Of a stretch of 64,000 bases of DNA, positions 1 to 10,062 are shown in pieces. Position numbers and translations under genes: made by a program. Below the pieces are notes generated by a model. That model was given only the letters and a program-made list of their open reading frames with translations, was not told where the DNA came from and searched no databases. Within the stretch, counting starts at the first letter, position 1; every line of letters starts with the position of its first letter. This DNA is from Candidatus Bathyarchaeota archaeon. GTDB taxonomy: Archaea > Thermoproteota > Bathyarchaeia > Bathyarchaeales > DTEX01. Location of the stretch: the NCBI GenBank assembly GCA_963714275.1, contig CAVQNT010000006.1:416001-480000 (forward strand), given 5' to 3'.

Positions 1-27
1 GTCTGTTTTGTGTGACATTAGAATTTT
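1..27 (+). repeat. Copy of the GGTCTGWTTTGTKYRACA dispersed repeat, cut by the window edge
   Basis: gtctgttttgtgtgacattagaatttt resembles 1487-1504 and 21363-21390. Confidence 0.7.
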
Positions 28-103
28 CCGTTTGCATGACAATACTTAATCCGTGAAGGCAGTCCTGTTTTGCGGCTTATTATTTCCATTGTTTTGGGGT
101 TTT

Positions 104-1357
104 TTAGAGGGTTGTGTCGAGATAAACTTGTTCCGTAAGCTCTGCAACATTTCCAATGCTTTCGACAGCAGCACAATTTACGGTGTGTGTTCCATCACCA
201 TACCCTGCGAGCGTAAAAGAACCCGTATATTCTTGCCATTCCCCGCTGTCTATTCTGTACATGGTTGCCAGTATCCCGCTCGCATCGTATGCTGAAATGG
301 TGAAGGTCGTTTGGTAATTGACGTGCTTCTCAGCGCCCTCCGAACTGTATGAAAGCGCTAAATCGGGGGGAGTCTTATCGGTACCGTAGCTCAACACCAA
401 GCTTTCTATCCCCGCCATGAACGCGTTCGAAGGGTTCATATCTGACCCTTCCACCTCGAAATATCTCGCCCTTGCGGTCCACCCCATTCTTCCGAGCCAT
501 TCTGTTCCCGTCTGAGTTGTTGCTATGCCTTGATCTATGAAGTACCAGTCTTGTATGCTTTCTCCCAGCAGGTTTTGGAAGCGGCTGGTCATTGCGTAGG
601 CGTATTCGCCAGAATACCAAATCTGCGTGGGGAAGTTTGTGGCAAAAGTTGTCACGAGAGCTTCTTTCCATTCTGTTTGGTTAAACCAGCCGTCTGCTGT
701 TCCTCGCTCGTAAACCGTTTGCCATGCGTAGCTCGGCTCCGACCACATGACCTTCTTCCCCATCTTCCATGCTTCGTGTATGCAGTCGTTTACATAGTCC
801 CAATCGGTGTTGTTTATTGCGGTGTTCCAGTTCCAACCATTTTGGGAAGCCACGTATGTCATTAATTCGTGTATGTACAATCCTGCGCACCATGGTCTGT
901 TTAGGGCGTTCTTGACTTGATCTAGATTTTTGTCCAAGTATATGTCCTTCCCGTCGTAACTGACGAAGTCTGATGAGATGGCAGTGTAGTAGTACATTAC
1001 TTTGTTGTTCTCCGCAAACAGCATGTCCGACGTTGGGACGCTTACGCTGCTTCTCGTCTTGAAGAACGCGCAACTCCAGCTTTTGTAGGCATTGTACCAG
1101 CTTGGATTACTGCCATACGCATGCAACGAATAAATGAAGCGTGCGCTGTCGGCGGGAGGCAAAGGCGGAAAAGACTCTGAAGCGATTATGTTCTGAAGGA
1201 AGTTTATTTGGGAATTCAAGAAGTCTATTTGAGAATTTAGACTACTGATTATTGAGGCGTAATTTATTATCGCCCCCACTAAACTGGCTACCAGCATTAC
1301 GCATATTATCATTAAGATGATGGCTACATTTCTGAATACAGCTTTCTTCTCACTCAC
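104..1357 (-). CDS. Membrane-anchored or secreted protein with a C-terminal Ig-like (OmpL47-type) domain
   Basis: 417 aa; N-terminal hydrophobic helix followed by a short coiled coil; C-terminal DKTPP...YRIDSGEWQEY...DGTHTV...GN motif. Confidence 0.6.
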   Translation of the reverse strand: MSEKKAVFRNVAIILMIICVMLVASLVGAIINYASIISSLNSQIDFLNSQINFLQNIIASESFPPLPPADSARFIYSLHAYGSNPSWYNAYKSWSCAFFKTRSSVSVPTSDMLFAENNKVMYYYTAISSDFVSYDGKDIYLDKNLDQVKNALNRPWCAGLYIHELMTYVASQNGWNWNTAINNTDWDYVNDCIHEAWKMGKKVMWSEPSYAWQTVYERGTADGWFNQTEWKEALVTTFATNFPTQIWYSGEYAYAMTSRFQNLLGESIQDWYFIDQGIATTQTGTEWLGRMGWTARARYFEVEGSDMNPSNAFMAGIESLVLSYGTDKTPPDLALSYSSEGAEKHVNYQTTFTISAYDASGILATMYRIDSGEWQEYTGSFTLAGYGDGTHTVNCAAVESIGNVAELTEQVYLDTTL

Positions 1358-1486
1358 TGTTGATAACCTTACACTGTTTTTTTATGTTGTTCAACTTGAC
1401 GCGGTAAATAGTTTCTGGAACAAAAAGAGAGTTGAACTTCCTAAAATAGGCATTTCTGAATGCTTACGAGCTAAAACTAATTATCC

Positions 1487-1543
1487 GGTCTGTTTTGTGT
1501 AACAAATGGCAACTAAAAAAAGATAGGTCTGATTTGTTCGACA
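1487..1543 (+). repeat. Two tandem copies of the GGTCTGWTTTGTKYRACA repeat
   Basis: ggtctgttttgtgtaaca at 1487-1504 and ggtctgatttgttcgaca at 1526-1543. Confidence 0.7.
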
Positions 1544-1571
1544 ACCAAAAAACAATAATGAACAATAAATT

Positions 1572-1982
1572 ATGATCCAAATACATTTTTTGTTAAAAAA
1601 AATTTCGGTTCAGTTTGGGAAGCCTAGTCTAGTGTGCGATTTTCAAGAGCTGTACCGTTACCTCATGGACGATTTTCTAATCCAATACTGCCAGAATCTC
1701 AAGGTTAGAGACTTTACGGTTAAATCTGAAAGGCTTTCTAGAAACAAGATGGCGAAGAGGGAATACTTGAATGATCCTAAAACCTCAGACTTGATGAAGA
1801 AGCTTAACCTGTATTTTGAAGGCAAGGTTGAAATTCCCAGAATAAAATATGGTAGAAGGCAGTCTCTTGAGACCTTGATTAACGAAGAAGCCTTACTATT
1901 CGCCAAGTTTCTAAGAGATGAAAGAGAAGCATGGAATCCTAGAATCGCAAGTCTCTTGGTGTACGTCTACCTCTACGTCTAG
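1572..1982 (+). pseudogene. cas1: 5'-truncated solo Cas1 (casposase-like) C-terminal half
   Basis: S.QFGKPSLVCDFQELYRYLMDDF is the Cas1 SL..D..E.yR motif; C-terminal ETLINEEALLFAKFLR..W.P; homology starts at about 1605, just after the expected GFLH. Confidence 0.8.
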
Positions 1983-2075
1983 GGGGGTATATATAATAAG
2001 GAGGGAAGGGGAGGGGAAGGATATAGGGAAGGATAAGAGTTAGTTTGGGGTTTGGGTTTGGGGATTAAATTTTAA
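1981..2075. repeat. GGGGGGTATATATA, purine tract and TTTGGG repeats ending in the GGGGATTAAATTTTAA end motif
   Basis: Seen directly; 2051-2074 is the exact reverse complement of 60081-60104. Confidence 0.75.
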
Positions 2076-2105
2076 TATCAAAACATGAATGTTTAATATT
2101 TTTTG

Positions 2106-3216
2106 TCAGCCTGACTTTTTTGGGTATTTTCCATGTTTGGTTCCGATTTTTAGCATTGCTTTGTAGTTTTCGATTTTCATGTAGTTCGTTATCGAGTTTC
2201 CTGAGCCTAAGGCGTAGCCTCCTCCGGGCATGCACTTTTCGAGAATCACGCGCGTGTATGCTTCCAATTCAGCCACAGGGAGGCGGGAAAGCTTGTCCAC
2301 GTCCACTCCCCCGAGCAGTGCGACTCTGTGCCCGTATTTTTCTTTGGCTTCCGTAACGGGCATGATGTTGTCCTGAAAAGAGTGCCAAGCATCTATCCCA
2401 ACATAGTCAATCAAGTCGTCAATGACCCTTCTCAAGTTGCCGCACGAATGAAGAATAAATGGCTTCCTATGACTATGGGCTATCTCGACACACCGTTTTT
2501 GCCAAGGGAAAACGTACTTGCGGAGGTTCTCAGGAGAAATCATGGTTCCAGACTTATACGCCATGTCGTCCCCCATCCTCATCGCACCGACCCTATTGTT
2601 TTCAGTGATGCGCTTGTCCACCTCCACGATCATAGAACCAATCCTGTCGAACATACTTTCAATCAGCTTCGGGTCTCTGAAAAGGGCTATCGAGAAAGGG
2701 CGGAGACCCATCAGCCACAAAGCATGCTCCAAGACCCCCCCAGCTACCCCCGAAACCGAGCTTCATGTTTTCAGGCAGAATCTTGCACATCCTTTCAAGC
2801 ACATCGTATTCGACAAGATCTTCACTGTCTGGCCACGGATAACTTTCAAAGTCTTCCCGCTTTTCGATTGTCCCACGGTTCTCGTCAACCCACATCCTCG
2901 TTCCTCTCGAAAGGGGAGCTGGGTCCTTGCCCAGTCTGATGTTCGTCCGTGGAAGGTTAAGAGGCAACTCCAAAGGAACATAGTCGTACCCCAAACCCTT
3001 GTAGAACCTAAGAAGACAGTTCACGAAGCCCTCTTTAACCGAGTCCGCCTTGGAAGCTTCACCTGAACGTGGCACGCCAGGCTCCAGAAGGGCGGGAACG
3101 GGTTCACCGATTATGGCTTCTATCACTTCGTTGTCTACCAAATGCTCGTAGAACGGAACATGGTCAGGCTCCTCGCCCCACAAAACCTTAACAAACCTTT
3201 CAAAATCGGGCTCCAT
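2106..3216 (-). CDS. Uroporphyrinogen decarboxylase / MtaA-CmuA family protein (frameshifted)
   Basis: ORFs 2659-3216 and 2106-2732; EPDHVPFYE, GDDMA, LHSCG, GGVD and GGGYALGSGN motifs. Confidence 0.8.
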
Positions 3217-3329
3217 GTCAAATCACTATATAGAGTAAGAAAATTATTTTTAAGCCTTAGTTTCCCGTGTTCAGAAAAATAATATAAGTAAAGAGTGTCT
3301 ATTAAAGAGGAAACAAGGAGTGTATAGTT

Positions 3330-4882
3330 ATGCAGTTTAATAACAGCTTAACACTCAAAAAGCGCGTACTAATTTTGTCCATGATCATAATCTTCATCAC
3401 TTTCCCAGCATTAGCATCCGTCCAACAGACCAAAGCGATAGATGAAAACTACACATACTACGGTGTCGTGCCCTCTAAAATCTATAGATACACACTCGCT
3501 GATGGAAACAACCGCAACTCAGGTTGGTCACTCGGAACTGACGACACCACTCTCCTATCAGGAGCCATCAGCCTCAACGGGCACCTCGTCGCCATAGAGT
3601 CTTTGCTAGCGATTGTAGCTTATGAGGACGACACAAATGTAGAAGTTCGCGATTTGACACTTGGGATGTTGCTGGCTGAAGGCAACTTAGCAAGCATGGA
3701 AAAGAAGCTCGTGTTGCTGCCCAATGGCACTCACTTTAAGGTAGTTTCAGACAAGATGGTCTCTATCCTTCTTCTCAACTACCAACAAGAGCCATCTGCG
3801 ACTGTCAGTGAAGGACCGCTTCCACACACCTTCTACACGTCAGTTGACGGCTTATACGTCGGAAAAAGGTTTGTTTTCATGGCATCTGAACAGACAAACG
3901 TAATACCGACTCAGTCTACATAATACTCGCCTTGGAAAAGTCCACAATAACCGTGACCGATGAGGATGGAGGACAGGACAGTTACAGTCTAGAAGTGAAC
4001 TCGTATCAAGACATGGCATTAACGCCCTTCAAGGTCTACGAGATCGAGTCGACGGGCAACATCATGGTCCAATCAATGTTCCTAAGACACGACATATCAG
4101 ATCCCGCTTCAAGTATCGTCCCATGCTATCCCGTTCCATCCGCTCAAGGAGGCTTCGTGGGAACCTTCTTCATCGCAAGATGTATCACAGGCTGGGACGC
4201 CAGCAAAGACTACGGATACCGAATAGCAACCTCAGAAGACGCCCACGTGCTGGTGTACGACCTTGAAACACAACAAGTCAAAAACGACCTCACTGTGACA
4301 GGAGGAAGCGGAATATCCATCAAACCCTCAGCGAACGCGATAATCGTACAAAGCGACAAGCCGATCACGTTGACGCTGATCCACAACGCCAGCATCGAAC
4401 AGAGACGTACCGAACAGGTGGGAGGTTTGAATGGAGAATTCCAGGGATACGGTCACGGAGTTATGTTCATGGGCATCCAACCAAACCAGGATACAATGAT
4501 TCACCTACCAGTTGACGCGAACGTCGAAGCGTACTTCTTCGCCAGCGAGGAAACCCAGCTAACGATTGATGACAACACCCAAACGATTCAAGCAAACACG
4601 GGCTTTCTGTACACTGTTCTGGGAACCCACACAGTACGATCCGACCACAACGTTGTTCTACAGATCAACTTCTGGCCGCTTGAACCAGAAAACCAAGGAC
4701 TCTGGTACACTGGAGCAGTAATACCATGCATCGAAACAGTAAATAATAACCCAACTGTCACAATAACCTCGATTGGAGGAGGCTTCCCAATCATGTATGT
4801 GATAGTTGGTGCAGGTGCTGCTGCGGTCGCTGTTATCGTCGTTTTTTTGGTAATGAAAAAACGCAGTAGTAACCCTAGCTAG
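3330..4882 (+). CDS. Secreted beta-rich surface protein (IgGFc-binding-like repeats) with a C-terminal TM anchor, split near 3923
   Basis: Signal peptide; IVAYEDDTNV, VVSDKMVS and VQSDKPITL repeats; C-terminal hydrophobic helix followed by KKR. Confidence 0.55.
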
Positions 4883-5034
4883 AGTACTACAGATTTGCAT
4901 AGTTAGGTCCTGTTAGTAGGCACGAAGTTACCTTTTTTATAAGCAAAGGAAATTAGTCATGAATTTAAATTTGAGAATTACGTGTTTAAAAACATCTTAC
5001 AGTATATATGAAGAGAATGCTGGAGAAACCTTGA

Positions 5035-5794
5035 TTGTCAAAAGTTGAGGTATTCCCGGTTACCAACCTTCCGATCATCAAAACAGGAGACGACCTCGGA
5101 GAACTGATTTGCAGAGCTGCGAAGAAACAGGACACACCCATTCAGGGAGGAGACATAATCGTAGTCACGCACATCGTGGTTTCGCGGGCTGAAGGGAACA
5201 TAATAAACCTTGACGACATAGTTCCTTCACCAACCGCCAAAGCCATAGCCAAAGACATGGACAAAGACCCAGCCTTAATCGAAGTTATCCTCAGAGAAAC
5301 AAAATCAATCATCCGAATTGGAGACGGACACCTAATCACCGAAACTAAGCATGGCCTAATTTGCGCTAACGCAGGAGTCGACAGGTCAAACATTCCAGGA
5401 GAAAGAAACGTTGCTCCACTACCAAAAGACCCAGACCTCTCGGCACGTCGAATCAGACAAAGAATAATGGACTTCGCGGGAAAAGAAGTACGCTGTTTTA
5501 ATTTCAGACACTCATGGACGTGCATTGCGAAGTGGCCAAATCAACGTTGCGGTGGGAATCGCTGGAATGAAACCGATGCGGGACCGAAGAGGCGAAAACG
5601 ACCTTTTTGGCTACACCCTCCGAGTTAAACAGACCGCCATAGCAGACGAGTTATGTTCAGCTGCTGAGCTGGTAATCGGACAGGCAAACGAGGGAATACC
5701 CGTTGCCATCATAAGGGGATACCCATATCAAAAATCCGAAGAAGCATCCCTGAACGAATTGTTGTGGCCTAGGGAAAAAGCTCTTTTCTATTGA
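5035..5794 (+). CDS. cofE: Coenzyme F420-0:L-glutamate ligase (frameshifted)
   Basis: LPIIKTGDDL, VVSRAEG, ICANAGVDRSN, ADELCSAAELVIG. Confidence 0.9.
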
Positions 5795-5819
5795 GCATAC
5801 AGCCACGATCCAATCGATA

Positions 5820-6446
5820 TTATGTAACTGTTCCTTTCTTCATCATCTCTTCGGCTCTAACCAAATCCAATGGCGTGTTAACGTTGAAAAATGTCATCAA
5901 TTGAGGGTCCAGCTGCTGGATGACCAACGTCGAAAGGTACCTCATTCTCCTCAGGAGACGAATCATGTTTAAAGGCCTTTTTTCCTCATGCTTTAAGGCT
6001 TGCCTCGTAGCATCAAGAGCGGAACTCGTCCTGTAAACTGCCTGCAAAGGTTCAATGTAATCATTTGGCCACCTCGGAACAGCAGCGTCAACGCCTACAC
6101 ATGTCTCGAACAGCAGTTCAATAACCTTTCCTGAGATAAAGGGCGTATCACATGGCAACAAAAGCGAATATTCAGCACATGTATTGGTTAAACCAGTTAG
6201 GGCACCGATAAGGGGGTTTTGAATGTTCTCGTTGTCAACAAATATCTTGTTTTTGTTCGGAACAACCAAGGAATAAGCTTCCCTTTGACTTTCTGAGCTT
6301 ACGACAACCAGAACCTCATCCACAACTTCACTTGCCCTTTCAAGCACATGTGTCACGAGAGGTTTACCCGCAAGTTTCACAAGACCCTTGTCCTGCCCGA
6401 GCCTTTTCGAAAAACCGCCAGCAAGGACAACAGCTGCTCTTTCCAT
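5820..6446 (-). CDS. mobA: Molybdenum cofactor guanylyltransferase
   Basis: LAGGFSKRLGQDKGL, PCDTP, EPLQAVY, FFNVNTPLD. Confidence 0.9.
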   Translation of the reverse strand: MERAAVVLAGGFSKRLGQDKGLVKLAGKPLVTHVLERASEVVDEVLVVVSSESQREAYSLVVPNKNKIFVDNENIQNPLIGALTGLTNTCAEYSLLLPCDTPFISGKVIELLFETCVGVDAAVPRWPNDYIEPLQAVYRTSSALDATRQALKHEEKRPLNMIRLLRRMRYLSTLVIQQLDPQLMTFFNVNTPLDLVRAEEMMKKGTVT

Positions 6447-6459
6447 TCTGCTTTTTCAC

Positions 6460-7337
6460 CTAACTTTTTATTTTGTTAAGGATGTGGCGCACAATCTCGT
6501 CCGCAATGTTAACCTCGGTCACGGACTGCAGCCCTTTCCAGCCTGGTTGACTGTTGAGCTCAATTAACAAGGGACCCTTCTCCATTTCCAAAATATCTAC
6601 GCCAGCAACCTCGCAGTCGACCGTTTCTGCAGCCTTAATAGCCAACTTCTCAACCTCTTTTGAAGGATTATAAGGTTCAGGTTTTGCACCTCGACTTACA
6701 TTGGTCTTCCAGTTTTCAGCAATCCTCCGCATCGAAGCCAACACTTTTCCGCCAAGAACAAAAATTCGGAAATCACAGTTTCCGTGAGGAACAAACTCCT
6801 GAATGTACACAACTTGGTGATGGAACTCTAACGCGCGAAAAACCCTTTCAGCCACATCAGCATCCGAAATTCGGGTGGAGCCGATGCCGCGTGAACCAAA
6901 AATGGGCTTGACAACAACGTCTCCACCGAGTTCACAAAAACCACGTAAAGCAGCATCAGCATTTTCAGCGACAACAGTTCGGGGAACAGGAAGCCCAGCC
7001 TCCTCCAACAAGGCTAAGGCATAGTATTTGTCAATGGACCTTTCGATTGCAGGAGGCGAATTCAGAACATACATACCAAGCCTAACAAGCCTGTGCAGAA
7101 GGTCCATACGAAAGATAATTTCCTCAAGTGAACCTCGCCCAACAGGGCGGACAATGACGGCTTTAAGTTCACCGAGGACGTCGTGTGCATTAACCGTTAA
7201 TTGAGGCTTGAATCCGACACGTGCAACTAACCTTCGGAAATCGAAACACACGGGAAAGGCACCGTGCTTGAGGATTGAGGTTTTAAGTCGACTGAACACC
7301 AAGATTCCTCGTTCCGTGTCAGGATTCCGATCTTCAA
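6460..7337 (-). CDS. RimK-family ATP-grasp alpha-L-glutamate ligase (MptN/CofF-like)
   Basis: DKY, VKPIFGSRGIG, QEFV, WKTNVSRG, IELNSQPGW; N-terminus in another frame from about 7337. Confidence 0.85.
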
Positions 7338-7410
7338 ATATCCAGCCTCCCTTATTATGTTCAGCCTTAGATACTATTGGAATTGTCTCCTGAAGTTGGC
7401 TTGTTACAGG

Positions 7411-7782
7411 TTATTCTTTTTGTTGTTTCAGCCAATTTGCTACCTTCCGAATTAAGGAATTGGACGAAAGGTCGATGATTGGGATCATGATTTTCTCTTT
7501 GGTCTCAATCATTGGCTGATACTTAGGCATCAAGGCGTAGCCGACGAGCGTCCAGTAGACTCTTCCACTCTCCATCAAGGCTTTAGCAGCAGTCTCCGTT
7601 GACGCTGGAAGAACGAAATTTAAAAACACTACACCTTCAGCCCAGTTTAATCCTGCTACTTTTCCTCCTGAAACTATCGAGGCAAACCTTGCCAAGTCAT
7701 CTGATGAATCAAAATGGTTTCTATCCAAAATCACAATTTCCTTTATTGGCTCATATTTTATGTCAACTTCTCTGTCATCCAT
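7411..7782 (-). CDS. Hypothetical archaeal protein
   Basis: 123 aa ORF with an upstream GGTGG SD-like site. Confidence 0.6.
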   Translation of the reverse strand: MDDREVDIKYEPIKEIVILDRNHFDSSDDLARFASIVSGGKVAGLNWAEGVVFLNFVLPASTETAAKALMESGRVYWTLVGYALMPKYQPMIETKEKIMIPIIDLSSNSLIRKVANWLKQQKE

Positions 7783-7893
7783 GGAAAACCCACCACCACA
7801 CGAACAAAACCAAAACCTACATTGACCTTCACATTTTATTCAGCAGTCGATCGTATTTAAGGGTATTACCTGAAACTCAAATCTTATTAAGAA

Positions 7894-8244
7894 GTGGAAC
7901 CATTTTTCTCAGAACAACCCAAAAATCAGTGGTTGAAGGTGTCAGAGAAACCAATGACCAAACTGGAAAGCAAGGTGCTGGCTGAAATCGAAAAGATTGT
8001 TGACTTAGAAACTGAGCTCACGATCGGAGAAATGAAGATGATACGGTTGGTGAAAGAAACCGAGCCCGGCGTAATCAGGGTGGACTTTACACCCACAAGC
8101 CCGGTTTGCCCGATGGCTGTTAAACTGGCTATCGAAATAAGGGACAAGGCTGAAAACATCGAAGGCGTAGAAAGAGCAGTCGTCTACGTTCGTGGACACA
8201 TCATGGAACAAGAAATTAACAAAAGAGTCAACAACCCAGCTTAA
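7894..8244 (+). CDS. DUF59 / SufT-like Fe-S cluster assembly protein
   Basis: IVDLET, FTPTSPVCPMA motif; start probably near 7953. Confidence 0.8.
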   Translation: MEPFFSEQPKNQWLKVSEKPMTKLESKVLAEIEKIVDLETELTIGEMKMIRLVKETEPGVIRVDFTPTSPVCPMAVKLAIEIRDKAENIEGVERAVVYVRGHIMEQEINKRVNNPA

Positions 8245-8282
8245 AGTCGCAACCAAAAATACTTTTTGATCGTTTGCCTTAA

Positions 8283-9653
8283 CTACTCAACTGTTTCAGC
8301 TTCCAAATACGTCGATAATGCCCTCGTTATTCTAATATTCATGAACCTTCCGAGAAGACCGTTATTGTCTTTAATGACGATGGGTTTGTAGGCAAAGTTC
8401 CTTCCAATCCACGATTGACCCTTACCCTTTTCGTCGACAAGTATCTCGCCCGTCCACCCGACCCATTTTCCGTTTTTTTCCAAAGCCAATTTTTTAACTA
8501 GGCTTGTTAATACTCGGCTTCTGCTCTTTACCTCTTCAACATCGACCTGTTCCATTCTTTCAGCAGGCGTGCTAGGGCGAGGAAAGAACCTTGAAATGTT
8601 AACAATGTCAGGTTTCACCTCCTCAACAAGATCAAGAGTTCCCTTGAAAGCTTCTTGGGTCTCGCCTGGAAACCCGCAAATAACGTCGGTTGAAAGAGTT
8701 AAATCTAGACACTCCTTCCTGAATTTGTTTATTATGGTCTTATAGTCACTAACAGAGTATCTACGGTTCATCCGTTTCAGGGTGTCATCGTCTCCGCTTT
8801 GAACTGGAAGGTGCAGGAACTTGAAAACCTTGTCATCCTTGTAGTCATCTATCAGTTCATCCAGAATGGGCAGAACATGATCAGGATTCATCATCCCAAC
8901 CCTAATCCAAAATTTGCCCTCAACCTTACAGCATTCCCTGATAAGATCAGCAAGGTTTGTCCCAATCTCCATTCCGTAAGCCCCTGTATCCTGCGAGGTC
9001 AGCCAAATCTCCTTTGCGCCGTTTTGGACTGCTTGATCCAAACTTTTTACAACTGATTCCTTAGGAAACGAAGAAAGAGTTCCTCGAGCGAACCTGACGC
9101 AGCAAAAAGCGCATACTCCAGCGCAACCCTCTGAAATGGCGATTATATCGATGGGTAGTTTGAGATTGATTTTTGGCTGCTCAAGCTTAACAACGGGCTT
9201 CTCTGAAAAGAAAATCTGCCCAGCTTCACTGTTCTCCGTACACTTTATGGCTTCAAGTATCTTGTCAACACTTCGCGGGTCAAGAGCTGCCGAGAAATTT
9301 GGAGCAGCCTTCAAGATTGCCTTAAAGTTTATTTTTGGAAGACAACCCGTGATTATAAGCGGCTTTCGGGTTTGGCTCAGTTTACGTAACCTTCCGATTA
9401 TTCGGTCCTCGGTCGGCTTCTTCACTCCACATGTGTTCACCAAAATAATGTCAGCTGAGCCGATATCGTTTGTAGGATGGTAATTTAAGCTAGCCAAGTG
9501 ACCTAATAGGACTTCGAAGTCGAATGTGTTAGCAGCACAACCATAGTTTTCCGCATAAACCATTTTATTGCTGCATTGAAAAGCGGTTTGTTTTGTTTTT
9601 GGGGATTCATGAACCTCTGGAACGAGTCTAGACGCCAAAGCAATCAAGGACAT
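8283..9653 (-). CDS. tRNA methylthiotransferase (MiaB/MtaB/CDKAL1-like radical SAM with TRAM domain)
   Basis: YGCAAN, NTCGVK, TGCLP, CAGVCAFC, HLPVQSGD. Confidence 0.9.
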   Translation of the reverse strand: MSLIALASRLVPEVHESPKTKQTAFQCSNKMVYAENYGCAANTFDFEVLLGHLASLNYHPTNDIGSADIILVNTCGVKKPTEDRIIGRLRKLSQTRKPLIITGCLPKINFKAILKAAPNFSAALDPRSVDKILEAIKCTENSEAGQIFFSEKPVVKLEQPKINLKLPIDIIAISEGCAGVCAFCCVRFARGTLSSFPKESVVKSLDQAVQNGAKEIWLTSQDTGAYGMEIGTNLADLIRECCKVEGKFWIRVGMMNPDHVLPILDELIDDYKDDKVFKFLHLPVQSGDDDTLKRMNRRYSVSDYKTIINKFRKECLDLTLSTDVICGFPGETQEAFKGTLDLVEEVKPDIVNISRFFPRPSTPAERMEQVDVEEVKSRSRVLTSLVKKLALEKNGKWVGWTGEILVDEKGKGQSWIGRNFAYKPIVIKDNNGLLGRFMNIRITRALSTYLEAETVE

Positions 9654-9798
9654 CCTCGCGGAAAATGAATATAAGTGTAACTATCCTTAGCAGTGAGAGA
9701 GCGACAATGACCCTTAGCATTATTACCGTTAAAAATATATAATTAGAACTCGAATATTGACATAAACTCGCCACAGGCATTACGAGAGATAGAGAAAG

Positions 9799-9860
9799 TT
9801 TTATAAGATGATGTAACGTTCATGTATGAATCATGTTTGAATCATGTTATACACGTATTT
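9799..9860 (+). promoter_or_regulatory. TATA box and 11-bp-periodic CATGT repeats upstream of the RHH-ftsZ operon
   Basis: ttttataag at 9799; (g/c)atgt at 9810, 9821, 9832 and 9843. Confidence 0.55.
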
Positions 9861-9870
9861 ATGACAAAAT

Positions 9871-10062
9871 ATGTCTCCTATAGTTTCGGTGAAAAAATTG
9901 AAACTTATTACGCTGTATCTTCCCGAACCATACTTGGAAGCGTTGGACGAGCTGGTGTCTAAGCGGTATTATCCGCACAGAGCTGAAGCCATTCGGGTGG
10001 CAATACGAGACCTAATCTCTACGGAGTTGTGGGGAAGAGAAAAAGATGCCAAAGATAGCTGA
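9871..10062 (+). CDS. CdrS-like ribbon-helix-helix regulator
   Basis: LITLYLPEPYLEALDELV...YPHRAEAIRVAIRDLI; overlaps the ftsZ start. Confidence 0.8.
   Translation: MSPIVSVKKLKLITLYLPEPYLEALDELVSKRYYPHRAEAIRVAIRDLISTELWGREKDAKDS

Noticed and set aside
1-2100. CRISPR array near cas1
   Set aside because: The repeats are about 18 bp, degenerate and irregularly spaced; I saw no repeat-spacer periodicity anywhere in the window.
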